Of a stretch of DNA of 64,000 nucleotides, positions 35,524-44,872 are shown piece by piece. The stretch is from Thermoanaerobaculia bacterium. Lineage in GTDB: Bacteria > Acidobacteriota > Thermoanaerobaculia > Gp7-AA8. The notes under the pieces are model-generated. The model had not been told where the DNA came from and searched no databases. It was given only the letters and a program-made list of their open reading frames with translations. The stretch lies in NCBI GenBank assembly GCA_017883235.1, contig JADGNY010000011.1:20-64019 (forward strand), in the 5' to 3' direction. The position numbers and the translations under genes are program-made. How positions within the stretch are numbered: position 1 is the stretch's first letter; each line of letters opens with the position of its first letter.

Positions 35524-36495
35524 TTACCGCGTGCCGCTGATCGCGATGGGCCTCGCGGCGTCGACGCGGATGGAGACGTTGCTGGCGGGGAAGGCGTCGG
35601 CCGAGGAGCCGTGGCGGCGGACCCAGACGACGACGGTGTAGACGCCGGGGCCGTCGGGGAGGGGGATGGCGAAGGCGAAGTGGCCGTCGGGGGCGACCTG
35701 GAAATCGCCGCGGCGGCCGTCGCTGTATTGCTCGGTCACTTCTTCGACTCCGCCGCCCACGCGGCGCGTGAATGTTCCCTTGAGCCGCGGCAGGTATTCG
35801 CGCCGTGACTCCGGCAAGCTGTAGCTCTGGATCCTGTTCGCCGTCACCGCCGCCATCGGCTGCGGCAGTGGCTCATGATGAACGGTGATGGCCTCGGTGT
35901 CATAGCCTTTGGCGGCGCTGCCGCTGCAGAGGATCGGTTGCGCCGACGATACCCGGCGCGGCAGCGGGCGCGTCCAGGCGATGTAGCGGCGGATGAACTC
36001 CTGCGTCATCCGCAGCTCGCCGCGCTCCCACGCCAGGCCGATGCCGACATGGGTCGCGGCCGGATCGAGGATGGTGCGCCGGTGGCCGTCGTGCGGAGGC
36101 AGTTCCGCCATCATGGCCGCCTCGGAGCGCCGCATCATGTCGTACAGCGCGCGGTCGTTGAAGCCGTAGTTCGCCGACCACGCCGCGGCGTTCTCGCTGA
36201 CGCCGTCGTTGCCGCCGCCGAAGGAGTAGCGCATGTACGGCGCCTCGCCGTCGGTAGTGAAATGCCCGGTGGTGCCGTTGCGGATCTGTGCGCGGCAATA
36301 GGCATCGGCGATTGCCGACGCCTGCGCATCGAGCTGCACCGGACGGAGGCCGAACTTGGCGCGGTCATGGTTGATGAGGCGCACCAGCTCCCCCCGCAGC
36401 GTCATCCGCGTCTCATCCGCCGCCCCTTCGCCCTGCGCGAGCGTCGCGCCGAAGGTGAAGGCGACTGTCAAAGCGACGAGAAGAAGGTTCTTCAT
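35524..36495 (-). CDS. Secreted CAP/SCP/PR1-like domain protein
   Basis: Signal peptide MKNLLLVALTVAFTFGATLAQG. INHDRAKFGLRPVQLD..ADAYC..GHFTTDG..ENAAAW is typical of the CAP domain. Confidence 0.7.
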   Translation of the reverse strand: MKNLLLVALTVAFTFGATLAQGEGAADETRMTLRGELVRLINHDRAKFGLRPVQLDAQASAIADAYCRAQIRNGTTGHFTTDGEAPYMRYSFGGGNDGVSENAAAWSANYGFNDRALYDMMRRSEAAMMAELPPHDGHRRTILDPAATHVGIGLAWERGELRMTQEFIRRYIAWTRPLPRRVSSAQPILCSGSAAKGYDTEAITVHHEPLPQPMAAVTANRIQSYSLPESRREYLPRLKGTFTRRVGGGVEEVTEQYSDGRRGDFQVAPDGHFAFAIPLPDGPGVYTVVVWVRRHGSSADAFPASNVSIRVDAARPIAISGTR

Positions 36496-36543
36496 GGGAA
36501 GTGTGTCTGTAACTTCGGTGCCGGGTAGTTTATTCGGATCGCC

Positions 36544-39500
36544 CTACCGCACCGGCAGTTCAATCGAAATCCGAAACCCCGGATTCAGATTCTCGGCGTG
36601 GACCGAGCCGCCGTGTTCTTCGATCGCTTTGCGGGTGATGGCCAGGCCGAGGCCGGTGCCGGAGGTCTTGGTGGAGAAGTAGGGGTCGAAGATCTTCGAG
36701 AGGACCTCGGGGGCGACGCCGGGGCCATCGTCATCGACGAAAACGACCACTTTCGAGTCGACGCCGTAACTGGCCAGGAGCACATGGCCGCCGGGGGCGG
36801 CCTGGAAGGCGTTCTCGATCAGGTTGGCGATCGCGCCGCGGAGGAGGCGGGCGTCGCCGGAGAAGGTCTCCGGCGTCGACGGCTTGATGTCGGCGCGGAA
36901 GTGGATGCCGCGCTCGCTGCTCTCGGCGTAGCTCGATGCGATCTCCTCGAGCAGTCGCCGCATCGGCACCGGTTTGCGCTGTACTTTACGCAGGGAGGCA
37001 TAGTCGCCGAACTCCCTCGACGTTTCGCGCAGCGTGACCACCTGCCGGAGGATGTTCTCGACCCCTGCGGTCACGATCCTGGCCAGGTTGGGATCGTTGT
37101 TCTCCGCCACGGCGCGCAGATGCTCGGCCGTCAACTGGATCGGCGTCAGCGGGTTCTTGATCTCGTGCGCGACCTGGCGGGCCATCTCTCCCCACGCTTC
37201 GAGCCGGTTCGAGCGGAGGATCTCGGTCACATCCTCGGCGATGAGCATTTCTTCATCACTTCCCGGAAGCGGAACGATCGATACGCGGTAGGTGCGGGCG
37301 TTTCCGTCCTGTTCGTTGTCATTGACGCTGAGCTCGATCTCTTTGGCCTCCGCGCGGCGGGCGCGGTGAGAGGCGAGGAAGGCATGCACCTCGTCGTGAA
37401 ACTCGATGTTCTTGCCGAACAGCTTGCGCGCCGCGGCATTGGTCTCCGACACCTGCATCGCCCCATCGAGGACGACCACGGCGGCGTTGATGTTCTCGAG
37501 CAGCGCCTGCAGGCGGTCGCGCTCGTGGCGGAGGTCGTTCTGCTGGCGGTGGATGGACTGGGCCATGTCGCGGAACGTCGTCACCAGCAGGCCGAGGTCC
37601 GGATCGGAGGGGACGGCGAGCTGGGTGTCGAAATCGCCGCGCGCCACCGCACGGGCGCTGCCGACCAGTGCCTGCACGGGGCGCGTCACGCTGCGGGCGG
37701 CGACGTAGGCGACGAAGATCGCCGCCAGGACGATGAAGATCAGCAGCATGTAGATCGTCGTGGCCAGGTCGTTCACCTGCGCCTCGATCTGGCGCCCCTG
37801 AACGATGAGCGGGAGCCCCATCGTGTAGCTCTGGCCGCGCACGAGGTTGATCCGCGAATAGATCTCGATGAACGGTGTGCCGCCCGATCTGCGGATCGCC
37901 AACTGTTTGCCACCGACGACGATGTTTTCGTAGACATCGCCCGGCAACCGCTCGGATTCGACGCGGGCGGCGAAGAGATCGCGGCGGCTCGACGCGATCA
38001 GCTTGTCGTCACGGTAGAGATGGAGATCGTGGCCGATGACGCGCGCCAGCCAGCTCAGCACGTCGTCGTCGAGCACCTGTTCCGGATGCGACGTCGACGT
38101 CGTCGATGCCAGGTAATCCTCGATCACCCGCTCCGCGGCGGTGAGCGCGGTCTGCCCGCGGTCGAGATACTCCGCCTCCAGCCGGTTGGCCAGATAGGCG
38201 CGGACGAAGAGGACGAAGACGATCAACGGAAGGACGACGACGGCGGTCAGATAGAGGGAGGTGCGGGTGCGGAAGTCGAGGTTGCGCGGGGAGCGGCGGA
38301 TGACCGGCACGATGACCGGCAGCGAGCGAGCGACGATCACCGCCAGCACGAAGGCGATGGCCCAGATGGCGACGCCTCCGGCGCGGCGGACCTGCTGTCC
38401 GCGCGTTGCCACCTGCAAGGGGAAGGCGTAGAGCGCGTCGTCCGTCCGGTGCACGTAGACCGCCGATCCCGCCCCTTCGTTCTCTTCGATCCAGATGCCG
38501 TGTCCCGGCTTGAGCGTGGCGAAGTAGGAGGTCGGGCTTCGCGGCAGGCGCACCGTGGTCGTGCCGTGCGGGTTGCCGTCGCTGTCGAAGACGACGATCT
38601 CGCGTTGCGGCCGGAGTCCGGTGACGGTGTCGGAGAACGACGGTTCGAAGAAGTCGCGGTAGACGTCGGCAAACGTCGTCGCCCCCGGATCCGCCGGGTT
38701 CACCACATGCACGCTCCCCTCGGCGACCGGAATCCCGCCGATGGTGAGGTCGAAGTCGTGGTGCAGCAGCACGCGGGTCACGCTACCCATCGTCAGTACT
38801 TCGCCTCCGGTCTCCCGCCGCCGTTCGCTGAACTGCGGAAGGCCGACGCCGAATCGGCTGAGCGGGTGGTCGAAGATGTCGTGCACCGAGATGACCGCAG
38901 GCACGCGCCACTTCGAGAGGTCGCTGCGCAGCCAGAGCGCGTAGGCGAGGTCCTCGAGGTTCATCTTCCGGTAGTCGTCGGGAAGAATGGAGGTCAGCTC
39001 CATCTCCGCGAACTCGTTGCGAAGCGTGTCTTCGATCATCGTCCGGAGCTGGCCGGCCTCCCCGACCACCAGCGGCGCGTAGGTGTCGGCGATGAAGTGG
39101 CGCGCGCTCGACCGCTCGAAGAGCTGCAGCGGCATGTAGACCACCAGCACCAGCAGCAGCGCACTTCCGAGCGCGCGCAGGGTGAAGTTCGCCGTCAGCG
39201 CGTGCAGGAGCAGCGAGATCACCACTCCCGCCGCGATCCAGAGGAAGGCCCGTTTTGGCGTGTACCCGAGATTCATCGCCGTGACGGCGAACGGGATGGC
39301 GATGATGGCGATGCCGAGCAGCGTGGCCACCCGCGACGATTCGTGACGGGTGAGCTGCAGCAGCGCAAAGCCGAAGAGCAACAGCGCGCCGAGGAGGATG
39401 CCCTGTGCAGCGGAGACGGGGAGGATGTGATCGGGCACCGTGGAGATGCGCGAGTTGTCGACCAGGTTCCGGATCAGCGCCATGTAGCCGCCGGCGGCGA

Positions 39501-40638
39501 TGGCCGCGACGACCGTGCGGGCGATCTGTATCGGCATCGATGCCCCTCGTTTCCGGGTCAGCGCCAGGACGATGGCCAGGATGGCGGCGGCGCTGACGAG
39601 CAGGTCGAACGGTGACCGGCTGAACGGTCCGAGCATGCGCGAGGCAAAGAGATCGAACCGGAAGATCTGCCACGGATCCTCATCGACGCGCATCGGCAGG
39701 AGTGCCACGCGGGCGGCCAGGACGAGGAGGATGGTGGTGAGAGGGCGTGGGGTTGTCGGTTGTCGGTTATCGGTTATCGGGTGTCGGGAGTCGGGAGTCG
39801 GGAGTCGGGTGTCGGGTGTCGTAATCCGACCTTCGCTGTCGGTGGTCTCTCCGACCCCCGACTCTCGACTCCCGACTCCCGTGCCCGCGTCCCACGTTCC
39901 GCTCCACACTCCCCACAACACGATCAGCGTCGCCAGTGCCAGGAGGATCGAGGCGACGTCGTGACCGATGGCGCGCGCGGCGTCCATGACGTCGGCTTTC
40001 GCACGGGGCGTGACATCGATCCAGAGCGTCGCCGATGGACGGCGCTCCACGACGAAGCGCAGGGAGCCGCGCTCCTGCCGCAGCACGCCGGCGTGAAACA
40101 TCGTTCCGTTCACCCAGTCGTCATCGTCGAGATCGAAGAGCCCCGGCCCCTTCGGCTGATTCGGGACGCGCTCGAAGGCCTGCACCGAGACGGCCGGATT
40201 CGGCAGCGGCCGCGAACGGACGATGTAGAGACTCGTGGCGTCGAACTCGTAGCTGGTCGCGCCCGGCGTGCGGAGGTCTTCGCCCCACCAGGCGATGGCG
40301 TCGCCATTCGGGGCGATGATGCGGATGCCCTGGCGCACGCCGTTGGCTTCGCGGCGAAGCATGGCGAACATCGCCTCGCGGCTGGCGGACGGATTCGCCT
40401 TGAGCTTGGCAGTGACGCGATCGACGGCGGCGTCGAGCCTCGATTCGGTGTGAGCCACATCGCCCCGGATGCGCTGCACTTCATGGCCCAGGTGAAGCGA
40501 GGAGCGTTGATTGAAATCGCCCCCGATCCGCAACACCATCACCTGCATCGTCAGCCAGGCGATGCCGGCGAGCAAAAGAACGACCGCCGCGGCGCGCGCG
40601 GCGGTCGTTCGGGCTACCCGTGTGAGGTGAAGCCGCAT
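36544..40638 (-). CDS. Large multi-TM sensor histidine kinase (HAMP-PAS-HisKA-HATPase)
   Basis: 1364 aa. H-box ARQVAHEIKNPLTPI, N/G boxes IENAFQA, DDGPGV, GTGLGLAI. Several TM segments and an extracytoplasmic N-terminal domain. Confidence 0.9.
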   Translation of the reverse strand: MRLHLTRVARTTAARAAAVVLLLAGIAWLTMQVMVLRIGGDFNQRSSLHLGHEVQRIRGDVAHTESRLDAAVDRVTAKLKANPSASREAMFAMLRREANGVRQGIRIIAPNGDAIAWWGEDLRTPGATSYEFDATSLYIVRSRPLPNPAVSVQAFERVPNQPKGPGLFDLDDDDWVNGTMFHAGVLRQERGSLRFVVERRPSATLWIDVTPRAKADVMDAARAIGHDVASILLALATLIVLWGVWSGTWDAGTGVGSRESGVGETTDSEGRITTPDTRLPTPDSRHPITDNRQPTTPRPLTTILLVLAARVALLPMRVDEDPWQIFRFDLFASRMLGPFSRSPFDLLVSAAAILAIVLALTRKRGASMPIQIARTVVAAIAAGGYMALIRNLVDNSRISTVPDHILPVSAAQGILLGALLLFGFALLQLTRHESSRVATLLGIAIIAIPFAVTAMNLGYTPKRAFLWIAAGVVISLLLHALTANFTLRALGSALLLVLVVYMPLQLFERSSARHFIADTYAPLVVGEAGQLRTMIEDTLRNEFAEMELTSILPDDYRKMNLEDLAYALWLRSDLSKWRVPAVISVHDIFDHPLSRFGVGLPQFSERRRETGGEVLTMGSVTRVLLHHDFDLTIGGIPVAEGSVHVVNPADPGATTFADVYRDFFEPSFSDTVTGLRPQREIVVFDSDGNPHGTTTVRLPRSPTSYFATLKPGHGIWIEENEGAGSAVYVHRTDDALYAFPLQVATRGQQVRRAGGVAIWAIAFVLAVIVARSLPVIVPVIRRSPRNLDFRTRTSLYLTAVVVLPLIVFVLFVRAYLANRLEAEYLDRGQTALTAAERVIEDYLASTTSTSHPEQVLDDDVLSWLARVIGHDLHLYRDDKLIASSRRDLFAARVESERLPGDVYENIVVGGKQLAIRRSGGTPFIEIYSRINLVRGQSYTMGLPLIVQGRQIEAQVNDLATTIYMLLIFIVLAAIFVAYVAARSVTRPVQALVGSARAVARGDFDTQLAVPSDPDLGLLVTTFRDMAQSIHRQQNDLRHERDRLQALLENINAAVVVLDGAMQVSETNAAARKLFGKNIEFHDEVHAFLASHRARRAEAKEIELSVNDNEQDGNARTYRVSIVPLPGSDEEMLIAEDVTEILRSNRLEAWGEMARQVAHEIKNPLTPIQLTAEHLRAVAENNDPNLARIVTAGVENILRQVVTLRETSREFGDYASLRKVQRKPVPMRRLLEEIASSYAESSERGIHFRADIKPSTPETFSGDARLLRGAIANLIENAFQAAPGGHVLLASYGVDSKVVVFVDDDGPGVAPEVLSKIFDPYFSTKTSGTGLGLAITRKAIEEHGGSVHAENLNPGFRISIELPVR
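39751..39881. repeat. Composite heptamer element (GGTTGTC/GGTTATC + GGGAGTC/GGGTGTC arms, CCCGACT return arm) in frame in the kinase gene
   Basis: Ten consecutive heptamers at 39751-39820, then a loop, then CCGACCCCCGACTCTCGACTCCCGACTCCCG. It encodes GVGSRESGVGETTDSEGRITTPDTRLPTPDSRHPITDNRQPTT. Confidence 0.8.
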
Positions 40639-40702
40639 GGTGTGTGGTGAACCAGTGGATTAGTGATGAGTAGATTAGCCCGCATTTCAACCCTGTTACC
40701 TC

Positions 40703-40923
40703 GAGAGCCCTTCTCCCCCGCGGTTTCTTGCGGGGGAGAAGGTGCCGACAGGCGGATGAGGGGGCGATTCACGAGGACGTCATTTGCGCTCGAGCAGAAT
40801 GCGACGATTTCAATCGGTCTCAGACGGGAATCGGTAGATCGCACATATCGCGTATACGCCCCCCTCATCCGCCTGTCGGCACCTTCTCCCCCCGCAAGAA
40901 ACCGCGGGGGGAGAAGGACTCTC
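40703..40923. repeat. 221-bp MITE-like element with ~62-bp terminal inverted repeats
   Basis: The left arm is GAGAGCCCTTCTCCCCCGCGGTTTCTTGCGGGGGAGAAGGTGCCGACAGGCGGATGAGGGGGCG, with its reverse complement at 40857-40923. Each TIR contains its own hairpin. ORFs 40614-40988, 40663-41070 and 40728-40991 are artefacts of it. Confidence 0.8.
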
Positions 40924-41000
40924 GACGAAAGGGCGTGGCAAGTAGTCTCGAATCTGCGTGCCCACGAATCCACGAATCCACTAGTCACTAATTCACGCCG

Positions 41001-41435
41001 TTACTTCCCTGCCGACCGGATCGATACCACCGACCACTGCCCGTCGGGCTTCTGGCCGAGGGTGATGTAGAGCTCGCGCGTCTCGGGCTTGCCGGCGTTC
41101 TGAATGGTCCAGGTTCCGGTGATGTGGTACTGCGCCTCGGCACTCTTCTTCTTCGCGTTTTCCTCTTCGAAAGCGGTCGGTTTCACTTTGCTGAAGAGGC
41201 CGTCGAGCAGGTAGGAGGCCTGATCGCGGCCGAAGAATCCGCTCTGATCGACGAGCCCCGGGAACTGCAACATCACCTGGTCTCCCTTGGCCATCCCGGC
41301 AACGATGGCCTGCGGATCGCCGCCGCTGAAACCGCGCTTCAGGTTCGACACCGCCACATCGAGATTCTTGAACTGCGCGGAGGCGGCGAGCGGAACGAGA
41401 AGGAGCAGGAAAGCGAACTTGGCCGAGAGTCTCAT
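41001..41435 (-). CDS. Secreted DUF4783/SnoaL-like small protein
   Basis: ATG at 41435 gives signal peptide MRLSAKFAFLLLLVPLAASAQ. The ~125-aa mature alpha+beta protein has a family pattern resembling DUF4783. Confidence 0.5.
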   Translation of the reverse strand: MRLSAKFAFLLLLVPLAASAQFKNLDVAVSNLKRGFSGGDPQAIVAGMAKGDQVMLQFPGLVDQSGFFGRDQASYLLDGLFSKVKPTAFEEENAKKKSAEAQYHITGTWTIQNAGKPETRELYITLGQKPDGQWSVVSIRSAGK

Positions 41436-41498
41436 GGTGATCTCCAATGAGTGCCGTAACGGGTTTCGAAGGGTCATTATTCTAGCAGATTCAATGAG

Positions 41499-42173
41499 TT
41501 AGCCGGACTCGCAAAGGGTCATGATGTCCTCACTTCGGGACGCGATTCCGCGCCCGGCGGCGGTCTCCCGGAAGTCGTCCGGGACCGGTGCGGCGACGCG
41601 AAGTGGCTCATTCGTCAGCGGATGCGTCATCGAGAGCTCGCGTGCGTGCAACATCGGCCGCACTTCGTTTCGCTGTCCGTACAGCCAGTCGCCGGCCAGC
41701 GGATGACCGATCGCCGCCAGATGGACGCGGATCTGGTGGGTGCGCCCGGTGAGCAGGTCGACGGCGACGAGCGATCCGGCCGGAGTCGCCCGCAGCGGCG
41801 TGACGATGGTCAGCGCACGTTTGCCGCCGTCGCCGACGCCGAAGGAGATCGGTCCGATGCGGATGAGCGGTGCATCGATGGTCTGCTTCTCGCCGAGCTC
41901 TCCTTCACAGATCGCCACGTAGCGTTTGCGTATCCGCTTCCCTTCGAATTGCCGCGTCAGGTTGGCGTTGATGGAGGCGAGCTTCGAGAAGAACATCACC
42001 CCGCTCGTGCCGCGGTCGAGCCGCTGCATGAGGAAGAGCGGTTGTGTGTGCTGCATGGCCACTTCGAGCAGCACCGGCTCCTCGGCGTCGTAGCCCCGCT
42101 GCACGACGATCCCGGCTGGTTTGTTGACGAAGAGAAGGGCGGAATCCTCGTAGAGGATGTCGAGACTCAGAAC
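41499..42173 (-). CDS. RluA-family pseudouridine synthase (start codon unresolved)
   Basis: ILYEDSALLFVNKPAG, catalytic RLDRGTSGVMFF, HQIRVHLA. No ATG, GTG or TTG lies between the conserved N-terminus and the distant ATG at 42389. Confidence 0.8.
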   Translation of the reverse strand, partial: VLSLDILYEDSALLFVNKPAGIVVQRGYDAEEPVLLEVAMQHTQPLFLMQRLDRGTSGVMFFSKLASINANLTRQFEGKRIRKRYVAICEGELGEKQTIDAPLIRIGPISFGVGDGGKRALTIVTPLRATPAGSLVAVDLLTGRTHQIRVHLAAIGHPLAGDWLYGQRNEVRPMLHARELSMTHPLTNEPLRVAAPVPDDFRETAAGRGIASRSEDIMTLCESG

Positions 42174-43129
42174 TTCACTTCCTCGTCGGGGTGCAGACGC
42201 TTGCGGATCTCCCAGCGAATGCGTCGAAGCTTCGGCGTCACGAAGTAGCCAACGCGCGCCAGCCAGCGCATCGGGGCTCGTTTCGGCGTGGCAACGGCGA
42301 TGGCGTGATACGGCGGCAGACCGTCGGCCAAGGCCTGCTTCTCCGCCGCGATCAGATCGCCGGCGAGTGATTCCGGAGCGCGGCTCCAATCGATCGCCGG
42401 AAAGAAAACCGACAGAATCGTGCCGCCGTAATCGCGCCTTGCCAGCAGCCGGAAGCCGCGCGCGAGCTGCGGCATGATTTCGCTCGAGCGGATCGCTTCT
42501 GACGGATCGACCGGATGGATCGGCAGCGGAAGGAGGTCAAAGAGCCGGCATTCCGCCGGCATCTGCGCGAACAGCGCCCGATGCGGGGCAATGAGCACGT
42601 CATCCCAATCGAAGCGCGAGGGTCCGATGTACTCGTCGATGTAGAGCAATCCGCCGCGCCGCAGCGTGCGCAGGATCGCCGCCATCAATTTCTCCAGCTT
42701 GGCCACGTGATGCAGTGACTGATGAAAGAAGACGATGTCGTAGGCGTTACGAGGGAGCTTCGGTTCGTTGAAGTCGTCGACGTAGTAGTGAATGTGGTCC
42801 CCGACGCCTTCCTCGGCCGCCAGGTTCCGGGCGATGTCGATCGATCCCGGCGAGCCGTCGAAGGCATCGACCTGCCGGCAGATCCCGCGCCGGATCAGGT
42901 CGCGCTCGAGCGGACCGGTTCCGCAGCCGATGCTCAGAGCGCGGCCGAAGCGGCGTGTGCCGAGGAATTGGAGAAACCAATCCATGGGCCAGATGTGCGG
43001 AGAACCGCTGATCGACGCATTGATATATTCGCGGACCGATGGGTCGGCCATCCAACTGACATGCGTCGGCGAGACCGACTCCTGGTCCCAGAACTGCGCA
43101 GCCGCATCCTGCTGTTTTTCCTCGCTCAC
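42167..43129 (-). CDS. Class I SAM-dependent methyltransferase
   Basis: Motif I ALSIGCGTGPLERDL, DAFDGSP, YDIVFFHQSLHH, LRRGGLLYIDEY. The GTG at 43129 is chosen because the upstream part of the ORF overlaps the next gene and is low complexity. Confidence 0.8.
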   Translation of the reverse strand: MSEEKQQDAAAQFWDQESVSPTHVSWMADPSVREYINASISGSPHIWPMDWFLQFLGTRRFGRALSIGCGTGPLERDLIRRGICRQVDAFDGSPGSIDIARNLAAEEGVGDHIHYYVDDFNEPKLPRNAYDIVFFHQSLHHVAKLEKLMAAILRTLRRGGLLYIDEYIGPSRFDWDDVLIAPHRALFAQMPAECRLFDLLPLPIHPVDPSEAIRSSEIMPQLARGFRLLARRDYGGTILSVFFPAIDWSRAPESLAGDLIAAEKQALADGLPPYHAIAVATPKRAPMRWLARVGYFVTPKLRRIRWEIRKRLHPDEEVKF

Positions 43130-43217
43130 GGGCGTGCATTCTCGCACACGGATCTCCCGCTGACCGGGCGTGTGAGGCCGGCTTGCGCCGGCCTCACAAT
43201 CACTGCTTGTTGCGATA

Positions 43218-43550
43218 TTACTGACCGCAGGAGTGCCCCTGATCGTCCACCAGACGCAGGTTGAGCTGCGCGCTGCCGACGGTGAACTGTCCTGTGCCGG
43301 CACCTCCGGCTGCGGTCTTGCGAACCCAGAGATTGATCTTGTTTCCGTGACCGGATCCCCAGAGATAGGCGTCAATGAAGAAGTAGATCTGCGATCCGCC
43401 CGTCGCGGGGACGTTGTAGGAAACGAAACCGTTTTCGATCGCCCGATCGAAGTCGTTCGGATTGTTCGGATCCTTCAACGCGATGTTCTCGACCGCGACC
43501 TGGCACCACGATCCAGTCCAGGCCGAACCCGTTCGTCCGACCAGATCCAC
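43218..43550 (-). CDS. C-terminal module of a secreted beta-rich protein, in frame with the upstream gene across a single TAG
   Basis: The first canonical start is the GTG at 43550. The 49 codons between the TAG (43695-43697) and this GTG read EQPLDDHPITTGPNTTIRPGAGAWTKLATIDIPPNTSPTGYNWIGGGY, which is protein-like. Confidence 0.45.
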   Translation of the reverse strand: MDLVGRTGSAWTGSWCQVAVENIALKDPNNPNDFDRAIENGFVSYNVPATGGSQIYFFIDAYLWGSGHGNKINLWVRKTAAGGAGTGQFTVGSAQLNLRLVDDQGHSCGQ

Positions 43551-43694
43551 ATACCCCCCGCCGATCCAGTTGTAGCCGGTCGGGCTGGTGTTGGGCGGAA
43601 TATCGATCGTCGCCAGCTTCGTCCATGCTCCGGCACCTGGTCTGATCGTTGTGTTCGGTCCGGTCGTAATGGGATGGTCGTCCAGGGGCTGCTC

Positions 43695-44738
43695 CTAGTC
43701 CAGGAGGATGTAGGCGCGCGGTTGCTCCGGAAGCGTGGCCGGATAGTCATCGGCAGTAATCGGCCCTGCGGTGTCGGCCGAATACGCCTGATAACCATCC
43801 GATTGCGGGAATCCGATTGCCTGGATCTGGCAGTACTGCAATGACGTGGTATGCCCGCTATTGTTCTTTGCCCAAAGCTGCACTACGTGATGGCCCGGTG
43901 TGAGGCGCGCGGTGATTCCAGGGTTCGGAATGGCGTCGAATCCATTGACCCCATCCGGGAAATACGGCGGAACATGGACCGTGGAGTTGTGGCCATTGGA
44001 GCCGAGGTTGTCGATTCCGTATCCGATCAACAGCGCATCGCCCGATGTACCGCTGACGAACTGGATGTAGGACTGCATCTCGATGTCGACGCTCTCCGTG
44101 CTGTTGTTGTCGAAGGAGGCTTCGCCGAGCTTGACCCACGAACTTCCAACCGTCTGGACGGAACTGTCTGTCGACGTGCCGCCACCGTACATGCCGGGAG
44201 AAGCAGTGGCCATGACGTACGGCATATCGATCGTCATGCTGGCGTCGGCGAGAAGCCGCACACTGACGTAGATATCGTAATCACCCGCGCTGAGCGGTCC
44301 GGCGAAGGCATTGAACCATTCTCCCTGCCGATCGAGTCCGCTGGCGATCGCCGCCCTGACCTTGCGGGTATAGCTGCTCTGGGACACGAGCGTTGAACCC
44401 TGAAAAACCGAAACCTGTGTCTCGAAGTTCGAACCGACTGGCGCGTTCGTGCTGGTCACGCTGTACTGCACGCGAATGGCCGCGTTGAAGGTCCCAGTGC
44501 TGCTCAACTCGCCGGCCCCGGCGGCGCATGGCTGCTGAATGACGACCCACGGCGCCGAGGTAGCGCTTCCGTTGACGGTAACCGGCGTTCCTGAGATCGC
44601 TTCCACGAACGGATATGCGGATCCGTGTGTGAAGTAGTGACCGCAACTGCTGTAGGCGCAGGGTGCGGCGTACGCTATCGACCCTGACCAGAGAACAACG
44701 AACAACGTGTAAACGGTGTAGCGAAACAACGACTTCAT
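43695..44738 (-). CDS. Secreted protein of unknown function
   Basis: Signal peptide MKSLFRYTVYTLFVVLWSGSIAYA. Ser/Thr/Gly-rich beta-type composition. Lower GC. Ends in TAG. Confidence 0.7.
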   Translation of the reverse strand: MKSLFRYTVYTLFVVLWSGSIAYAAPCAYSSCGHYFTHGSAYPFVEAISGTPVTVNGSATSAPWVVIQQPCAAGAGELSSTGTFNAAIRVQYSVTSTNAPVGSNFETQVSVFQGSTLVSQSSYTRKVRAAIASGLDRQGEWFNAFAGPLSAGDYDIYVSVRLLADASMTIDMPYVMATASPGMYGGGTSTDSSVQTVGSSWVKLGEASFDNNSTESVDIEMQSYIQFVSGTSGDALLIGYGIDNLGSNGHNSTVHVPPYFPDGVNGFDAIPNPGITARLTPGHHVVQLWAKNNSGHTTSLQYCQIQAIGFPQSDGYQAYSADTAGPITADDYPATLPEQPRAYILLD

Positions 44739-44872
44739 ATGGTCTCCAATGGAAAGTTATTTGACAGCGGTTGCCAGAACTCGCCATGGGAGTTAATTAA
44801 TCCTTTTTATTGCCGTCGGGCTCGGTGTAGCTAAGTCTGACCAGCGATATACCGCTGTGCCCGTCAGCGGTC

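Noticed and set aside
40614-41070. Three overlapping ORFs (124, 135 and 87 aa) with PSPPQETAGEKG / LIRLSAPSPP peptides.
   Set aside because: They are mirror-image translations of the 62-bp terminal inverted repeats of the MITE-like element at 40703-40923.
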